The notes under the pieces: generated by a model
The model's input: the letters and a program-made list of their open reading frames with translations, nothing else
Databases searched by the model: none
What the model was told of the DNA's origin: nothing
Source: Chlorokybus atmophyticus
Lineage: Eukaryota > Plantae > Mesostigma and Chlorokybus algae
Assembly (NCBI GenBank): GCA_009103225.1
Contig: RHPI01003244.1
Coordinates: forward strand, 62,001-126,000
Length of the DNA stretch: 64,000 nt
Reading direction: 5' to 3'
Position numbers and translations under genes: made by a program
Shown: piece after piece, positions 24,271 to 36,959 of the stretch
Layout: each line of letters starts with the position of its first letter
Numbering within the stretch: the first letter of the stretch is position 1

Positions 24271-27200
24271 ATGCAGGCGGCGGTGGGAGGGCTACTACTG
24301 TTGCCGGAGTTCAGCTGCAGGCCGCCGTCGTCGCTGAGGCGTGGAGGGAGGTCAGGCGCCCGGCGCCTGGGTGGGAGCTGCGGGAGGCGGACGGGAGGGG
24401 GTTGCGGCGGTGGAGCTGGCGTTGGAGGTGGTGTCAAGTGCGCCCTCAGCCGGCAGCGGGGCAGTGCCAGCAAGACCATCGTCATCAGGGATACTAGGCG
24501 CACGCAGCACAATGCCGGCGTGAGGTGGCCATGGCAGAGCCCTCCGCCGCCGCCACCGCCTCCCCCGAGGATACCTGGCCCGCTGGAGACGGCGTGGCTC
24601 TGGGGCTTGGGCCTGGTCGGTCTGGGACAGCACGGCGGCGCGGTCGGCTCGCACGTCCAGGAGGTGCTGGAGCGCAAGTGGCATGAAGCACTCCTGGCTA
24701 AGCTTTGGGGCAAGGATAAGCAGGCGGCCGTTGAGAAGAATGAGGACTGGATTTTCCTGCAGGTGCTGACATTGCTAATGGTTGTACTTTCGTTGCGCAA
24801 TTCAGTTGCAATGTCACGTTGCGTGCAGCATAGGTTGGTTGTATGCCTCAAGTGTGTTAATTACAGTTACACAGCCTGCAATGGTGTCTTTATTGTTAGC
24901 AATTTGTGGGTGGCTTCACAGTAGGATGGCGGTTTAAGCAAGCTGATCTTGTTGTGTTGGTACCAGGGGGTATGGCGCACTGTGCAAACCTGGGTGCACC
25001 AGACGCCGCCGCCAGAGCCGGAGCCACTTGGTCTTGGGCCTCGGCTGCAGGGTGAGCTTCAGAAAGTCTTTCAAACAATGGTGCAAGCTGTGCAGAAGCA
25101 AAGCACATCTGCGCTGCGCTTCCTTCCTGGATTTGGAAACTTCAGTGAGGTAAGCGCAAGCGCACAGGTCTGGCTTGCTTTGGATGTGCACCTAGCGGTG
25201 CAGGATTCATATCGTATGTGTCGGTTGCTATTGTGCAGAATCAGTTGAATAGGCTTGCCAAAAAGTGACACATCGTTCTTATGCAGGAAGAGAGAGCAAA
25301 ATTTGAGCAGTTGGCGGCAGCGGCTGCTGTGTCAGAGCCGCCAGTTGTACCCGAGCCTGGAGTGCTGGAACGCAACCTTAAGCTAGCCTCCAAGAAGGAT
25401 GTGGACCGCGCCATGTTGCTTGCATCGCTCGCAGACCTCACTTACTCCATCCGGGAACCCGCTAAGGTACGGTTTGTTGCCTTTCGTAATTATCAACTCA
25501 ATATCAGTGGGTCCTCGCAGCCATTAACTGGGTTCCACAGGTTATGGCTGGAGTCCAAGCTCGTGGCCTTAGATTTGTGACCACGTCGCTCGAGGGCCCT
25601 TGCGTGGTTGACACAGAGCCAGAGGTGGACACTCCGGAACAATATGCCTTCCGTTCCGAAGATGACCGCGATGTCTCCAAGCATGCTGCCAATCTTGCAA
25701 TGTCTGCCTTGCGTGATGAGGATGGCACACTCAAGGTATGATACAGATGTGCAAATCTGTACTGAATCATCCGCAACTTGTATGACTGCTGATGTGCTGG
25801 ACTACTCGTTTATGCACGTTTTCGGGTTGTAAGCTCTTGCTCCTTGCTGTGTGCAGACACCAAGAGCAAATGATCGTGATGTAGTGCGCACTTTGAATGG
25901 TGTGGCTAGCCCAGCCCACCGAGAAGACGAGGATGAAGGCGCAAGGACCGAACAGGAGCTTTGCCCCTGTGAGTACTTCATTTGCGATGATGACAAGAAG
26001 AATATCCGCTACATAGTTATTCAGGGCTCGGAGTCCTTGGCATCGTGGCAGGCAAACATCTCGTTCTACCCCGTTGCGTTTGAGGGCTCAGATACAGTTA
26101 AGGTGCACCGCGGTATCTACCAGATAGCACTGGCGCTTTTTGACAAGCTTCAGCCGTGTATCAAGGCATATCTGACAGCAAACCCCAAAGGTCGCATCAG
26201 CTTCACTGGGCACTCGCTGGGTGGAAGTCTTTCAGTCCTTCTGGCCTTGTTGTTACTTCACAGGTAAAGGTAGTCTCAGACAGTTTCGGCTGTGTTTGCT
26301 GCCGTCTCAAGTTGTTACTGACTAGCAGTTGCTGAATGACAGGGGTGAAGTTCCTTTGTCAGCTGTTGAGCCCATCTGGACATTTGGTGCTCCCTCAGTT
26401 GTTTGCGGGGGCGATGCAGTGTTAGCTCGTCTGGGCATTCCTAGGACCTTCGTGCAGAACGTGTGCATGCACTTTGATATTGGTAAGTGGATTGTAGTTT
26501 GTACTGATTGGGAGTGACCAGTTGTGTTTTGAGTCTCTCACAACCACTTTGGTGTACTCAGTTCCAAGGGCCTTCAGCTGCGAGTACCCCGATGGTGTGG
26601 CAGATGTTCTGCGACGCGTTGAAGGCTCTTTCAGGGCGCACGCCTGCTTGAGGGCTCAGAAGCTGCTGTACCCACCGCTCGGCACAATCCAGATCTTACA
26701 TCCGTCGGAGCATCAAGCACCAAGGCATCCGCTGTTACCAAAGCAACCTGGCATGTATCAGCTGAAGCAGCCCCCACTGCCCAAGAAGCACAAGCAAAAT
26801 GAACCACAGTAAGTGCAAGGCAATGCTCCACAGTCTTTTCACTGCACCCTCAAGCGCTGTTCCTGACGCATTGTCTGTGTGTGCGCAGCGTGGCGGATTG
26901 CTTGTCAGGAGCATGTGGCATTGCCCATGTGGATCCGGCAGAGCGGGAGTATGTGGAGGCAAGGGATGCCTTCCTGAACAAGCCTCATCCTCTGGAAATC
27001 CTCAAAGACCCGTATGCTTATGGCTATCAAGGAACCATTGCCCGAGACCACGACCCTCAGAACTACATCAAGGCGTTGCAGGTACACGCCAGCACTCTTC
27101 CTGTTGTTGGCAGTGACTGGTAGCTTGCCTCCGTATGGGACATCATTTGTATGCTGACACTGGAACTTTGTGCAGACTGCTCGAGAGTTGATAGAAGAGC

Positions 27201-27418
27201 AAAGCAAGAGCAACTCATGGGTCAGCAAGGGTTTGCATCTGGTGAGCTCCGTGCCTGCCATGCTGGGAAGCCTGTCCAATCAGCCCACCACACCAAGAAA
27301 TGTCGCTGTGGCGGCCACGAAGCAACAACAACAACACACCAGCTCAACACGACGCAGCAGCAGCGTATTCGGCTCCGTGGTGGGCCGGTTAAGACGCAGC
27401 TCCAGCTGGAGCCAGTGA
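24271..27418 (+). CDS. Plastid class-3 lipase (PLIP1-3/PGD1-like phospholipase A1/galactolipase)
   Basis: Nine exons: 24271-24762, 24925-25149, 25287-25466, 25541-25735, 25857-26263, 26343-26482, 26562-26808, 26889-27081, 27176-27418. Motifs ASLADLTYSI, GLRFVTTSLE, CPCEYFICDD, VIQGSESLASWQAN, VHRGIYQIA, FTGHSLGG (Ser), HFDIVPRAFSCEYP (Asp), FLNKPHPLEILKDPYAYGYQGTIARDHD (His). The N-terminus resembles a transit peptide. Confidence 0.92.
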
Positions 27419-29219
27419 GTGTGTGCGCGCGATCACTCTGTAAAGGCAAGGCGAAGCCGCGCGCCACAGCAACATTGCAGCAGGCGTGTGGATTGTAACT
27501 GTGCAACCCTGTGATATATGTGGTAGTGTAGTTTGAGATGTAGGTGGTCCTCCGGCTCTGGTGAGGCAGTAGAGCCATGCAGTCTTAGGCAGTGTAGATG
27601 AGTCTTCTTTCCTCGCTTCTCCTTAGCTGCATTCTTTGGCGCTTGGGCGGCTTCAGTAGACGACAGATGTCGCCGTTCCTGCCCCTATTCTTTAGCCACG
27701 CAGTGCAGTAGAGTACAAACATGTATTGTGGAGGTTAGTTGTCATCTAGAAAATGCAGGTGTTCCGCCATTGCGGCGCTTGCAATAGCACTTGTAATTAC
27801 ACTTATACTCTGCATGTAGCACACAGACTGCTCTGATGTATCACACCATGGAATACTGTGATTATCACTGGGACTGCCTCCGTGCTGTTTAACTCTTGTG
27901 CAGCATGCTTCTTCAAACCATGGCAAGGTACAACATTGTGTAACAAGTGTCACCCACTGACTCCTTTGCCGTTGTAAGTGTCCGTGTGGCAATGATGCCA
28001 ATATGCAATGCCCGCTGAAATTGCACTTTGGAGTTAATGTTCAGGCGGTTTGCCAAGCACAATAGTGTAGAGCGCTGTGGTCTTGGTTAGTTGTTGCCAC
28101 TTGTAGCAACACCATCAACCATCATTGCATGCACCAATTCTGTTTGTCTCCTTGGTTCGTCATGTGGACCTGCTCTCAAAGGGTGGTAGTAACTGTGCAA
28201 TCATGTCTGCTATGTCAATTTGGAGCATAAGGTTTCTCACGCCTTCAATACGCATGTTATTGCCTGCTGCCACAGCATGATGCACGTAGGACCCAGCCCC
28301 TAGTTGTATACTTAGGTTGCTTGCGTTGGTGATTGCGTGCTGCATAATTTATTGTGCGAGCTTGCTTGTACCTATGCTTTGTGGCCCCTCCCTATTTATT
28401 ACATTGCCGTATGTTATGTAACAGGAGGGACCTCATCTCTAAACTCACGGCGATCTTGTGGAACAGGCCAGGTTTCCATTTTGGTTGCACATACAGGCAT
28501 TTGTTTTTAAGTTGTATGCATGCATGCAGTCCAGCGACCACAACAGTAAGGTTAGTGGGCAGTTGTGTGTACAAGCGAGAAGCATCGTTATATAACGTTC
28601 GCTGTGAGTCTGGTGTCGGTTGCGTCTTGCGCTTGGCATGACTTACAACATGCTTGCAGCTGTTTTCGTGTGTGGTCTGTTCGTATGTTCATGTGTTGTC
28701 CGTCCCATGCTTGGGGGATAAGAGCCTGCGACGGTGGAGAGACTGGTGCGCCTCTCTGCTGTGTGCTGCTCAGGTGTGACTGAGCTGCACAGCCAAGCCG
28801 TTGGTCTTGCCCGCTCGCATTGGCAAACAAAAATGCAATGGTCAAGTAGTGGTTGTGTGTTGTTCGTCAAAGCTGCCTGCTTGGGGGCCTTCCTTTGCCT
28901 TGTTTTCACCCCTTTTCTATACACTATGTAGTCATGGAAGGTGTAATGTACGCACATCACATCCAGCTCACATATTGCAACAGGACACAAGAATCATGCA
29001 TGGTGCATATAATGACTCGTACTACTTATATTCCATTGTATCACAGTCAGTTCTGATTGAAAACCATTTAGTCCAGACTCAAAGACGACCGCGCATATAG
29101 TTACAAAAACGTTTCTCTCAAAACTGAGACGGATCATCCACCCACCTCCGCCACCAACTCCTGCTCTGCGCCATGTCGCACGCACGCAGTACCTCTCTGT
29201 ACACATCAGATCCTTTCCT

Positions 29220-32200
29220 TTACACAGCATTATAGTAGGCCGTCAACACGGACGCCTTGGTGACATGCGACGCCGCGCCGCCATCGCTCCACTTACTGAA
29301 CTTGTACTTGCCGCGCGAGGCCGGAGCGCAAGTGAGTCTCACCAAGTAGAGGTACACGTCGGTGCCTTTGGCGTTGCCGCCCAACTCCACCAACACACGC
29401 GCCGTGGGCCAGCCCGCGCCCGAGTCGAAAGAGGCTGAGAATGTCTTTTGGGTTGTCGTGAGGGCGAATGAATGCTGATTGTATCCCGCCACCAACGCAT
29501 ACCCGGGAGCACCCTGCTCGCACAAGTGTATCATATCAGCACAGGAACATGCAAGTCGAGCTGAATGGTAGGTTGCGCTAGGTAATGTTTTTTATGTGTA
29601 CCTGGTCAATGACCATCAGTGCGCTGGCTGTGCGTGAAGCTCGTGCACTAAGCGTCACCTGCACCCAACCACCCACACAACATGAGCTGTCGCTCCCTCT
29701 GTCGGGCACACAAAGCCCACAAGACGCATACTCACCGTGCAGCGCGATTGCGCGGGTATGGGGACGTTCATCTGGAACACTTGGATGTGCCAAGCCGCAG
29801 TGCCACCGGCACTTATGGCCACCACGGCCGGGGTGCCGGTCTTGGCCGGCCACGTGACGACAGCACTGGCAGTCGGGTTGTTCGCGTAAAGCTGCCAGCC
29901 GTAACCCCCCGTCAACGCAAAGTTGTAACCACAAGGGACAGGCGCGGGTGGAGTGGGAGAAATGCACACCAAGTCCGCCCTATGGCACATACACACATGA
30001 GCTGCACGATACACAACATTGGGCTCGGCAAGGAAGAAGAAGCTGAGACTCACACTCACCTCCAGATGTGTACGGTTGTTCCCGCTTTGTTCGTGCCCAA
30101 GTCCAGAACGAACCTACTGGCCGCGTATCCGTTCCCCGTATTGAATATGGAAGAGAACGTCTTCCAGTTGGTCGTGAGACTCATGTCCATCCTTTGCGAC
30201 TCGCCGATGAGGGCGTAACCGGGGGGGCCCTGGTCGATCAATGCTGAGATCTTGGCACCGCCGCCCGTGCTGGGGGACTTGGCAACCACCACCAACGCGC
30301 ACTGAGAGGCGGTAGGCACGGGAGTGTTGGTGCGAAGAAGCTGGACCTGCCACACCTCCGTGCCACCGTTCTGGATGCGCACCTGAGAGGGAGAAGTGCA
30401 CACATGTTGGGTTACTATCACACACACGCGCGCGCACATGCCCACACTAGTGTGCGCGTGCGCATGCGCGCGCAGACACACACGCATACAGATGTTTTGT
30501 TACACCCTCTGCGTGACATCATCACTGACCTCAGCGTATGTGGTACGTGTGGGTGAGTACGCGCTCGGCCACGTCACGGTTGCCGCGGACGCACTGCCCA
30601 CATCAGCTCCCGACAGCATCTTCCACGTCGTTCCGCGCACGAGAAACGCATTGATGTCATACAGGAACGCATAGGCCGATGCACTCACTGTCGACTGCGA
30701 GCCTTTGATAATCGTCTGCGCATACGGGGTAACACCGGTGAAGTCATTGAGTCCAAGTGGGATGCCGACACTTGATGGTTGTGTGGACAGGCTGAGGGAA
30801 TACGTGGCGGGGTCCACGCGCACTTCTTGTGCGGCAATGAGTCCATTAGCTGCAGTCACGGTGAGCTTCACGCCAAGGTGGCTTGGGTATTGATGATCCG
30901 GCGCGATGAACGTGCCGGACTTGACGTTGCCAATGGATTGCCAGTAGTGTATGTGACACGCCTTTGCGTTGGCGGGATCGCAGTGATACAACAACACGTT
31001 CCACGCGAGGCGGTCCGTGGGTTTGTTGCCCGAGCCCGCGAACGGGACGGGCAAACCGGTAGTCCACTTGAAGGTGGGTACGGGTTGGGTTATGGTGGCT
31101 TTGGGTAGTTGACTCGCGTCAGACACGACGGCGACGGTGGTGACGGCGCTGTGGCTGTTGCCGGCAGCGTCTCTCACGGTGAGCTTTATGTTGTATATGC
31201 TCGCGGTCTGGCCGGGACGAGTGTGGAACGTGTACTTGAAGCTGGCGGCGCGGCTCTCGACGCTGCCGTCGTTGTTGACGTCGAGCGCGTACGACAACGC
31301 ACCCACGCCCTGCGAACCCACACTAGACAGCGTGACACTCAACGGCGACACGCCCTGCGAAGGCGTGGCCGATATCGATGCCAACGCCCCGCCGTAGCGA
31401 AGCCGATATACGCTGCCGGCGTCGATATCCGTGACGTACATGTCTCCCGAGGGCCCACGCTGCACGTCCACCGCGCGCAGCTTGTCGATCAGGGTGACCA
31501 CCTTGGTGGGATCTGGCAATCCATCCGCGCCGGGCAACATGGCCCACACGCAGTGATACGACGCATCTCCAAATATCAACGCACCGTCGTACTGACTAGG
31601 CCAGTTGCTACTATCAACAGTTCTGTCATAGAAGGCCAGCCCACTGATGGAAGCCTGGCCAGCGAAAGGGTTGGAGCAGCCGCCCTCGCGGTTGCTGCGT
31701 GGGTTTACGGGAGAGTTGAAGCGCGTGTAAGCAAAGTAAGGAGCGGTCAGCGTGCCAACGGTAGCCGTGTTGGTGTATAACTTCTTGCAGAGAGGCACGT
31801 TGGCAGCCTGGTAGTTGGGCTGAATGCTCGACTGCCTGTTGATCCCACCTGAACAGTATTACAAGTACACAACAGAGCCAGTCAGTCCCTGCCAGATGTT
31901 GCTTTCTGTCCACACTTCATTATCCATCTTGCATGTGATGTGCACTTTGCATGCCACCAAGCAAAGGCACAGTAACACTCTCTGTCCCACATACCTTCAT
32001 AGCATGGCCACCCGAAGTTCTGCGTCTGCACGCTCGTATCCTTCACTCTATTAATTTCCTCGAACCTCGCCCACCCTACATCCCCAAACCACAGCTCCGC
32101 GTTGTTCCGGGGAGCGCGCGGCCGCACGGTGATGCGGAAGGGGTTGCGCGCACCGAACGCCGCGATGCGGGAGGCCTGGACACCCCAATGTTTGCCCGCA

Positions 32201-33315
32201 TATGTCCCGGACACGCCGGAGGGAGTGCCGGACTTGCTAACGTCCAAACGCAAGATGGCGCCGTTGTAACCCAACGGGTCCGAGGTGGGAGTCAACAGGT
32301 CCTGCAGGAGTAGTAGGAATGTCACACATTGCTACTACTGTCATCAAGCATGTCGCATTGCTGAAGTGAGCGTGCGTGCGTGCGCGCGCATGCACGCGCC
32401 CAACACGAGAATGAAACCATCCCCACAACAACATTCTTAGCGACAACACCATCCCACCTGTGACCTCAGGGCACCTCCTTCATTAACGGGATCTCCCGCG
32501 CACGACCCGCTTCTCGGTCCTCCCGTGTCCACCCCTTCCGGGAACGCTCCTTCCCCCGACGACACCCACAAGTACCCATCGCTATCGAACGCCAGATCTC
32601 CCGTACTATGCGAGTAGAACGCATAACAGAACTGCGAGGAGAGGAGCACCTCTTCACTCCCAACCACAGCGTTTGTCCCGTCGATCCGCCATCGGCTCAC
32701 GCGACCAAAGGCCTTGCAGGGCGTGTCGAGCGAAGGACAGCTGTCGTGGAAGGAGTCGTTGGGGTCGTAGGCGTAGAAGGCGTACAGGTGGATGGTGGTG
32801 GTGGTGGGGTGACCCGTGGAGGGGGTGAAGTCGGTGGGGTCTAAGGCGAGAGAGAGGAGGCCGCGGTCGCCGTAATTGTGGACGCGACCGGAGATGTCGA
32901 GGAGGACTTGGGGGTTCGCATCCTCCAAGCTGTTGAACACCTGCATGAGAGTGTGGGTGGGAGACTGTGCATGCCTAAGGGTTGGCGCGTGTGCGCATGC
33001 TGGCATGTGCATGCTCACACGTGTCCAACTGCCTGTGTATCCCAACAGACTGCATGCAACTGCGGAGCCATAGCAGTCAGCGCATAGTGATTGCCATGCT
33101 TTAGTCCAACGCACCTTAATTTTGCCGGCCTTTTCGGCGACGAATACTCTCCCATCAGGCGCGAAGCGTGCGCAAGTTGGCTGCGTGAACCCGCCGCCGC
33201 CGGCAAGCACGCGCTCCAGCCGGAAGTTGGCCTGAATTGCGACGGGTTGCGCGTGCACCGCAGGAAAGAAGCACAGGGGGGCTGCTATGGACAGGAATAG
33301 CAGAACTAGCCGCAT
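29220..33315 (-). CDS. Secreted glucose/sorbosone (PQQ-type) dehydrogenase-like beta-propeller + PKD + Ig-like + tandem CBM4-like modules
   Basis: Eight exons: 33115-33315, 32458-32940, 31995-32301, 30530-31848, 30060-30382, 29736-29979, 29602-29658, 29220-29513. Signal peptide MRLVLLFLSIAAPLCFFPAVHA. GSDH motifs FAPDGRVFVAEKAG, DRGLLSLALDP, SHSTGDLAFDSDGYLWVSSGEG, EGGALRSQD, FGARNPFR, WFGDVGWARFEEIN, NFGWPCYEG, ISGLAFY. PKD: PLSVTLSSVGSQG..YNIKLTVRDAAG. Ig-like: LYHC..CHIH..APDHQYPSHL. Two CBM4-like repeats (WQVQLL/WHIQVF..LTTNWKTFS/LTTTQKTFS). Confidence 0.9.
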
Positions 33316-36300
33316 TGCTGTCGTGAGGCTAATCCTGCATAATGATGATGGAGAATTGGTGTTGAGGTGCTTTGGTGGTGCTGTTTATGCTATGAAATGA
33401 GCACAAGTTGGGTTAGTGGGCAACTGACCTGTTGCGTTGGCCTGCGTCGAAGCCAACTGCAACGTGTGTGGCGCAGCCCATGTTGGTGGAAATGTGCATA
33501 GTGTCACGCATTCCTGTAGGGCACAGTCAGTTACAGCGCGTTGGTGCGAACTCGCACATGCACATACGGCATTGTGGCAAGAGTCCCCCATAACACAGTA
33601 AGGCAGCAATGCTTGATGCACTAACACAAACAATTCGAAGGCATGACAACCAGCCGCTGTGACGATGTATGTGCCCCATGCATGCCGAACTCAACGGTAC
33701 GAGAGCAGCAACAGTGAAAGCCACAAAGCGTTGCAAGCGACACGCACAATGTTCACGACTACTAATGAAAGAGTCAAGAGCAGATAGCGCCACCTTGCGC
33801 CCATCAGTCTGCCCATGACAAGGACCCACGACTCAGTTATTGAACAGTTCGCCGGCCTGGGGGAGCTAGCCTTTCTGCACACTGTGTGTCACTGGACACG
33901 TCGGACTTGCGCGACAAGACCACATTGCTGCAACCACCGCAATGACGACTACGCGCGTTGTGAGGTTCTCAGGTCACGTCATGGGCAGCGATGGCTTTGC
34001 CAAGCAGAAGCGAGAGGAAGGCTAGCAAGACCATGCATTGACGTTACAGCAGGGGTTTGCAAACGGGAGCCATATACACAGTGAGCCAGCCAGCCAGCCA
34101 GCCAAACCTTGAGCTGCGAGGTGGCAGCCCAGTTCGACTAAACAATAGCACACGTCACAATGGATGATGCGAGAACACATACACCCATGCCAGGCCTGTG
34201 CCAACAGTGCCGCACCTCACAGCTCTCTCGGGGGCATGGCGCCGGCCTGGCGCGGGCTGTTTTTCCACTTCCGCCGCCTTCACTGATCACTGCTGCTGCT
34301 GGCGGCAAGACTGCTGCCCGCTGCCTGCTTTTGGGCGCGTGCGACGCGGGGACCGCGTGCGACGCGCCGCGTTCTTGAAGCCGCGTCACCAAGAAGCCGA
34401 AGAAGAAGTCATGATAGCGGTGCAATCCGTTGGGGGGCACTGGCGAGCGGTGCCGAGACTGGTGCATGTGGGGGAAACTGGCGAAAGCCATGCGAATCGG
34501 TGTTGTGGAGGGACTCTACTTTATCCACAACTTCACAACTTTGATTGCAATGCAACTGCACCCTGATACGTCGGCTCCTTGTTCAGATGAAGACCGTGTT
34601 TGGTATCGTAGTAACTGCAGTAACAGTCAGTTAGCGTTGAATGGTTGAGAGCGGGTTTGGTAAAATGATGGTTTGTAGTGTTTGGGTCAGGGTTAGGGTA
34701 CGGCCCATACCGTATGGGGCCCGCCCCGATCTCGTACCGCCAAAAACGCGCGCGTTTCAACTGCTAACCATGTTTAACTTGGCGCCGAAAACTGTGTGTT
34801 AGACTCGCCGTTGAGAACGTCGTTGCCGAGATGCTCCCGAGATATTTGAAGCAGCTTTGCAATGATGAGCATCTCCACGGTCGTCTTGGGCAACGGCGGC
34901 TATCACCATTGCGACCAAAGTCACTTCGGCACATGTGTGACCAAATGGCCGCCTAACGATACGAATTGTCGTTCGATTGAAATTTAGAGTTAAGGCGATT
35001 TAAGTTATCATTATTTTGTCTATGATAACCATTTCGTTACCCTTTGGTATACTCTAAGCATATCGTGGTCGGAACGTTACTACTAATTTTATTACCTTAG
35101 TAGGTTTGTTGAATACCTACATTATGTAGGCCATGTCAAGCAATATGCCGCCATACGTGTGCACCGTGCAAGTTGTGCTATTTTGTATTATTTACTTTTT
35201 ATTTTGATTCGTACAATTGGAGCGGTTGCATGACGTGGGGATATGCTTTGAACGGTTAAGAGCTTTCCAACGCAGATCGAACAGCCAATAGCTGGTAATC
35301 GCAGCCCAGCCAATGAGAGATCGGCAAGCAGCGCATACCGCGCAGCCCGGCAGTTGCTGGTGCCTTATGTGACGGCCCTTCGCGATGTGAAATAAGTAGT
35401 GGAAGTGTTGCGCACATGCTTCATATATTGCAATACATTAGCGACATCATTCAAGGCCATAAGCACACTACTTGCAAGTGTTTGCAACCTTCGACAAGCT
35501 ACCTCAGCTAGCCTACTTACCCTCTACCACTGCATATTGATACTACCACTTCCTTCACCATCGTCACCAGTAGCGCTTGCGCATTAGGCGTTGCAAATGT
35601 ACCTACATGCTTATTGTCGTCATGTTTATCCACAGCATCCTCCTCATCAACAACCTTACCTCTACCCTCCCCTCTCATGCCTTCCCCGACCATGTCCGCA
35701 TGCTGAGCATGCAAGCTAAGCCAACTTTGCGCTACAAGTACAAGTGAGTGCACTACATAACCATCCTGTAGCTTGAGGTACCTAATATATGCAATGACAA
35801 TCTACCGCATGTCGGACTTGAGCGTGTTGCCTTGCCTAGCCTGCTCTACCACTGCCTTGAGCTTGGTAGTAGAGCAAGTCACCCAAAACTACCGCCCAGC
35901 CCTCTAAACACTTAGATACTTGGCTAATGCACGCCACCAAGCCTCAATCACTACACATAGACCTCCCTTACCTCCCCGCCATGCCCCCCATCGCCGCCAC
36001 CACCGCCAGCTGTCAGATTCTTGAAATTTGCGGCGAATTGCCGTGGTTCTGCCGCCGCAACCCTAACTTGGCAGACCAATATCTTTCACATATAAGCTTT
36101 AAAAACTCCGAAATCAATTATCTCATGTACCTCTTGAAGATACCTATCAAATAATGCATGTACATCCATTGTTGAATAGGTATAGTATATGTGCCTAACT
36201 TGGGGACATTTCAAGGTTTTAAGGGTGTAGCGGGCGCGGTAGGTGAGATTTGGCGGACATGTTTATGTGTTTTGTGCAGGGAAAGTGTTTTTCTACACGG

Positions 36301-36702
36301 ACATATTTTTTATGAATTTTTTGACCCATCATAGCGTAACATATAGCCCGCCAAAGTTGGGGTGTGAGGAGTGTCAGCTGAAAAGTCTTCGAGCCCTAAC
36401 TTGGGAACTCGAGACAGCTGCAAAAAGCTGTCACCTTGAGTGAGGGGTGTCAGCTGGCTATCACCTTGCGTCCCTGCAGCCATTTCAAAGCGGCTGGGGC
36501 CTGGTGTGGCAGGCTGGTTGGCAGGCGCCTCACAGCCTTGACTTCTGTGGTGTGCAAGCCATTCCCTGTGCAGGCATTCTGTGCCGCCAAGGCGCTGGTT
36601 TTGGCGGCAAACAATGCTCAGTCTGTGCAAGGTTGCATGCAAAGCGGCGGCGAGGTGAGCGTCCTGGCGGAGCACATCTGTGAGAACACATGCATGAGGT
36701 TC

Positions 36703-36704
<2 letters not shown>

Positions 36705-36755
<51 letters not shown>
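36705..36755. repeat. (TG)n microsatellite
   Basis: About 25 TG units, read directly. Confidence 0.95.
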
Positions 36756-36757
<2 letters not shown>

Positions 36758-36959
36758 AAAGCATGGGAGTCAAGCAGCTAGTTCTGTCCAACTAGGCCTA
36801 GGCCGCTTAGCTGTCCAAGTAAGGGTGCGCTTGTGTCTTGGGCGTTTTAGCTTTGATCTCCAGCGTGCGCCCGCCTCCTTCGCCTGTGGGTTTGGGATAG
36901 GATCATCACGCAGGTGGCGCTCGGCAGATGCTTAAGCATAATCCCACAGGGGGTCACCC

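Noticed and set aside
28160-28960. Short ORFs with exon-like pieces between the lipase and GSDH genes
   Set aside because: I could not assemble a coherent spliced product or recognise a family.
34681-34699. Telomere-like TTTGGGTCAGGGTTAGGG
   Set aside because: Only about three degenerate units; too short to call an interstitial telomere.
35400-35900. Possible Tc1-type HTH remnant on the minus strand (LKSDMR*IVIAY)
   Set aside because: Too degenerate; no DDE motifs or paired TIRs found.
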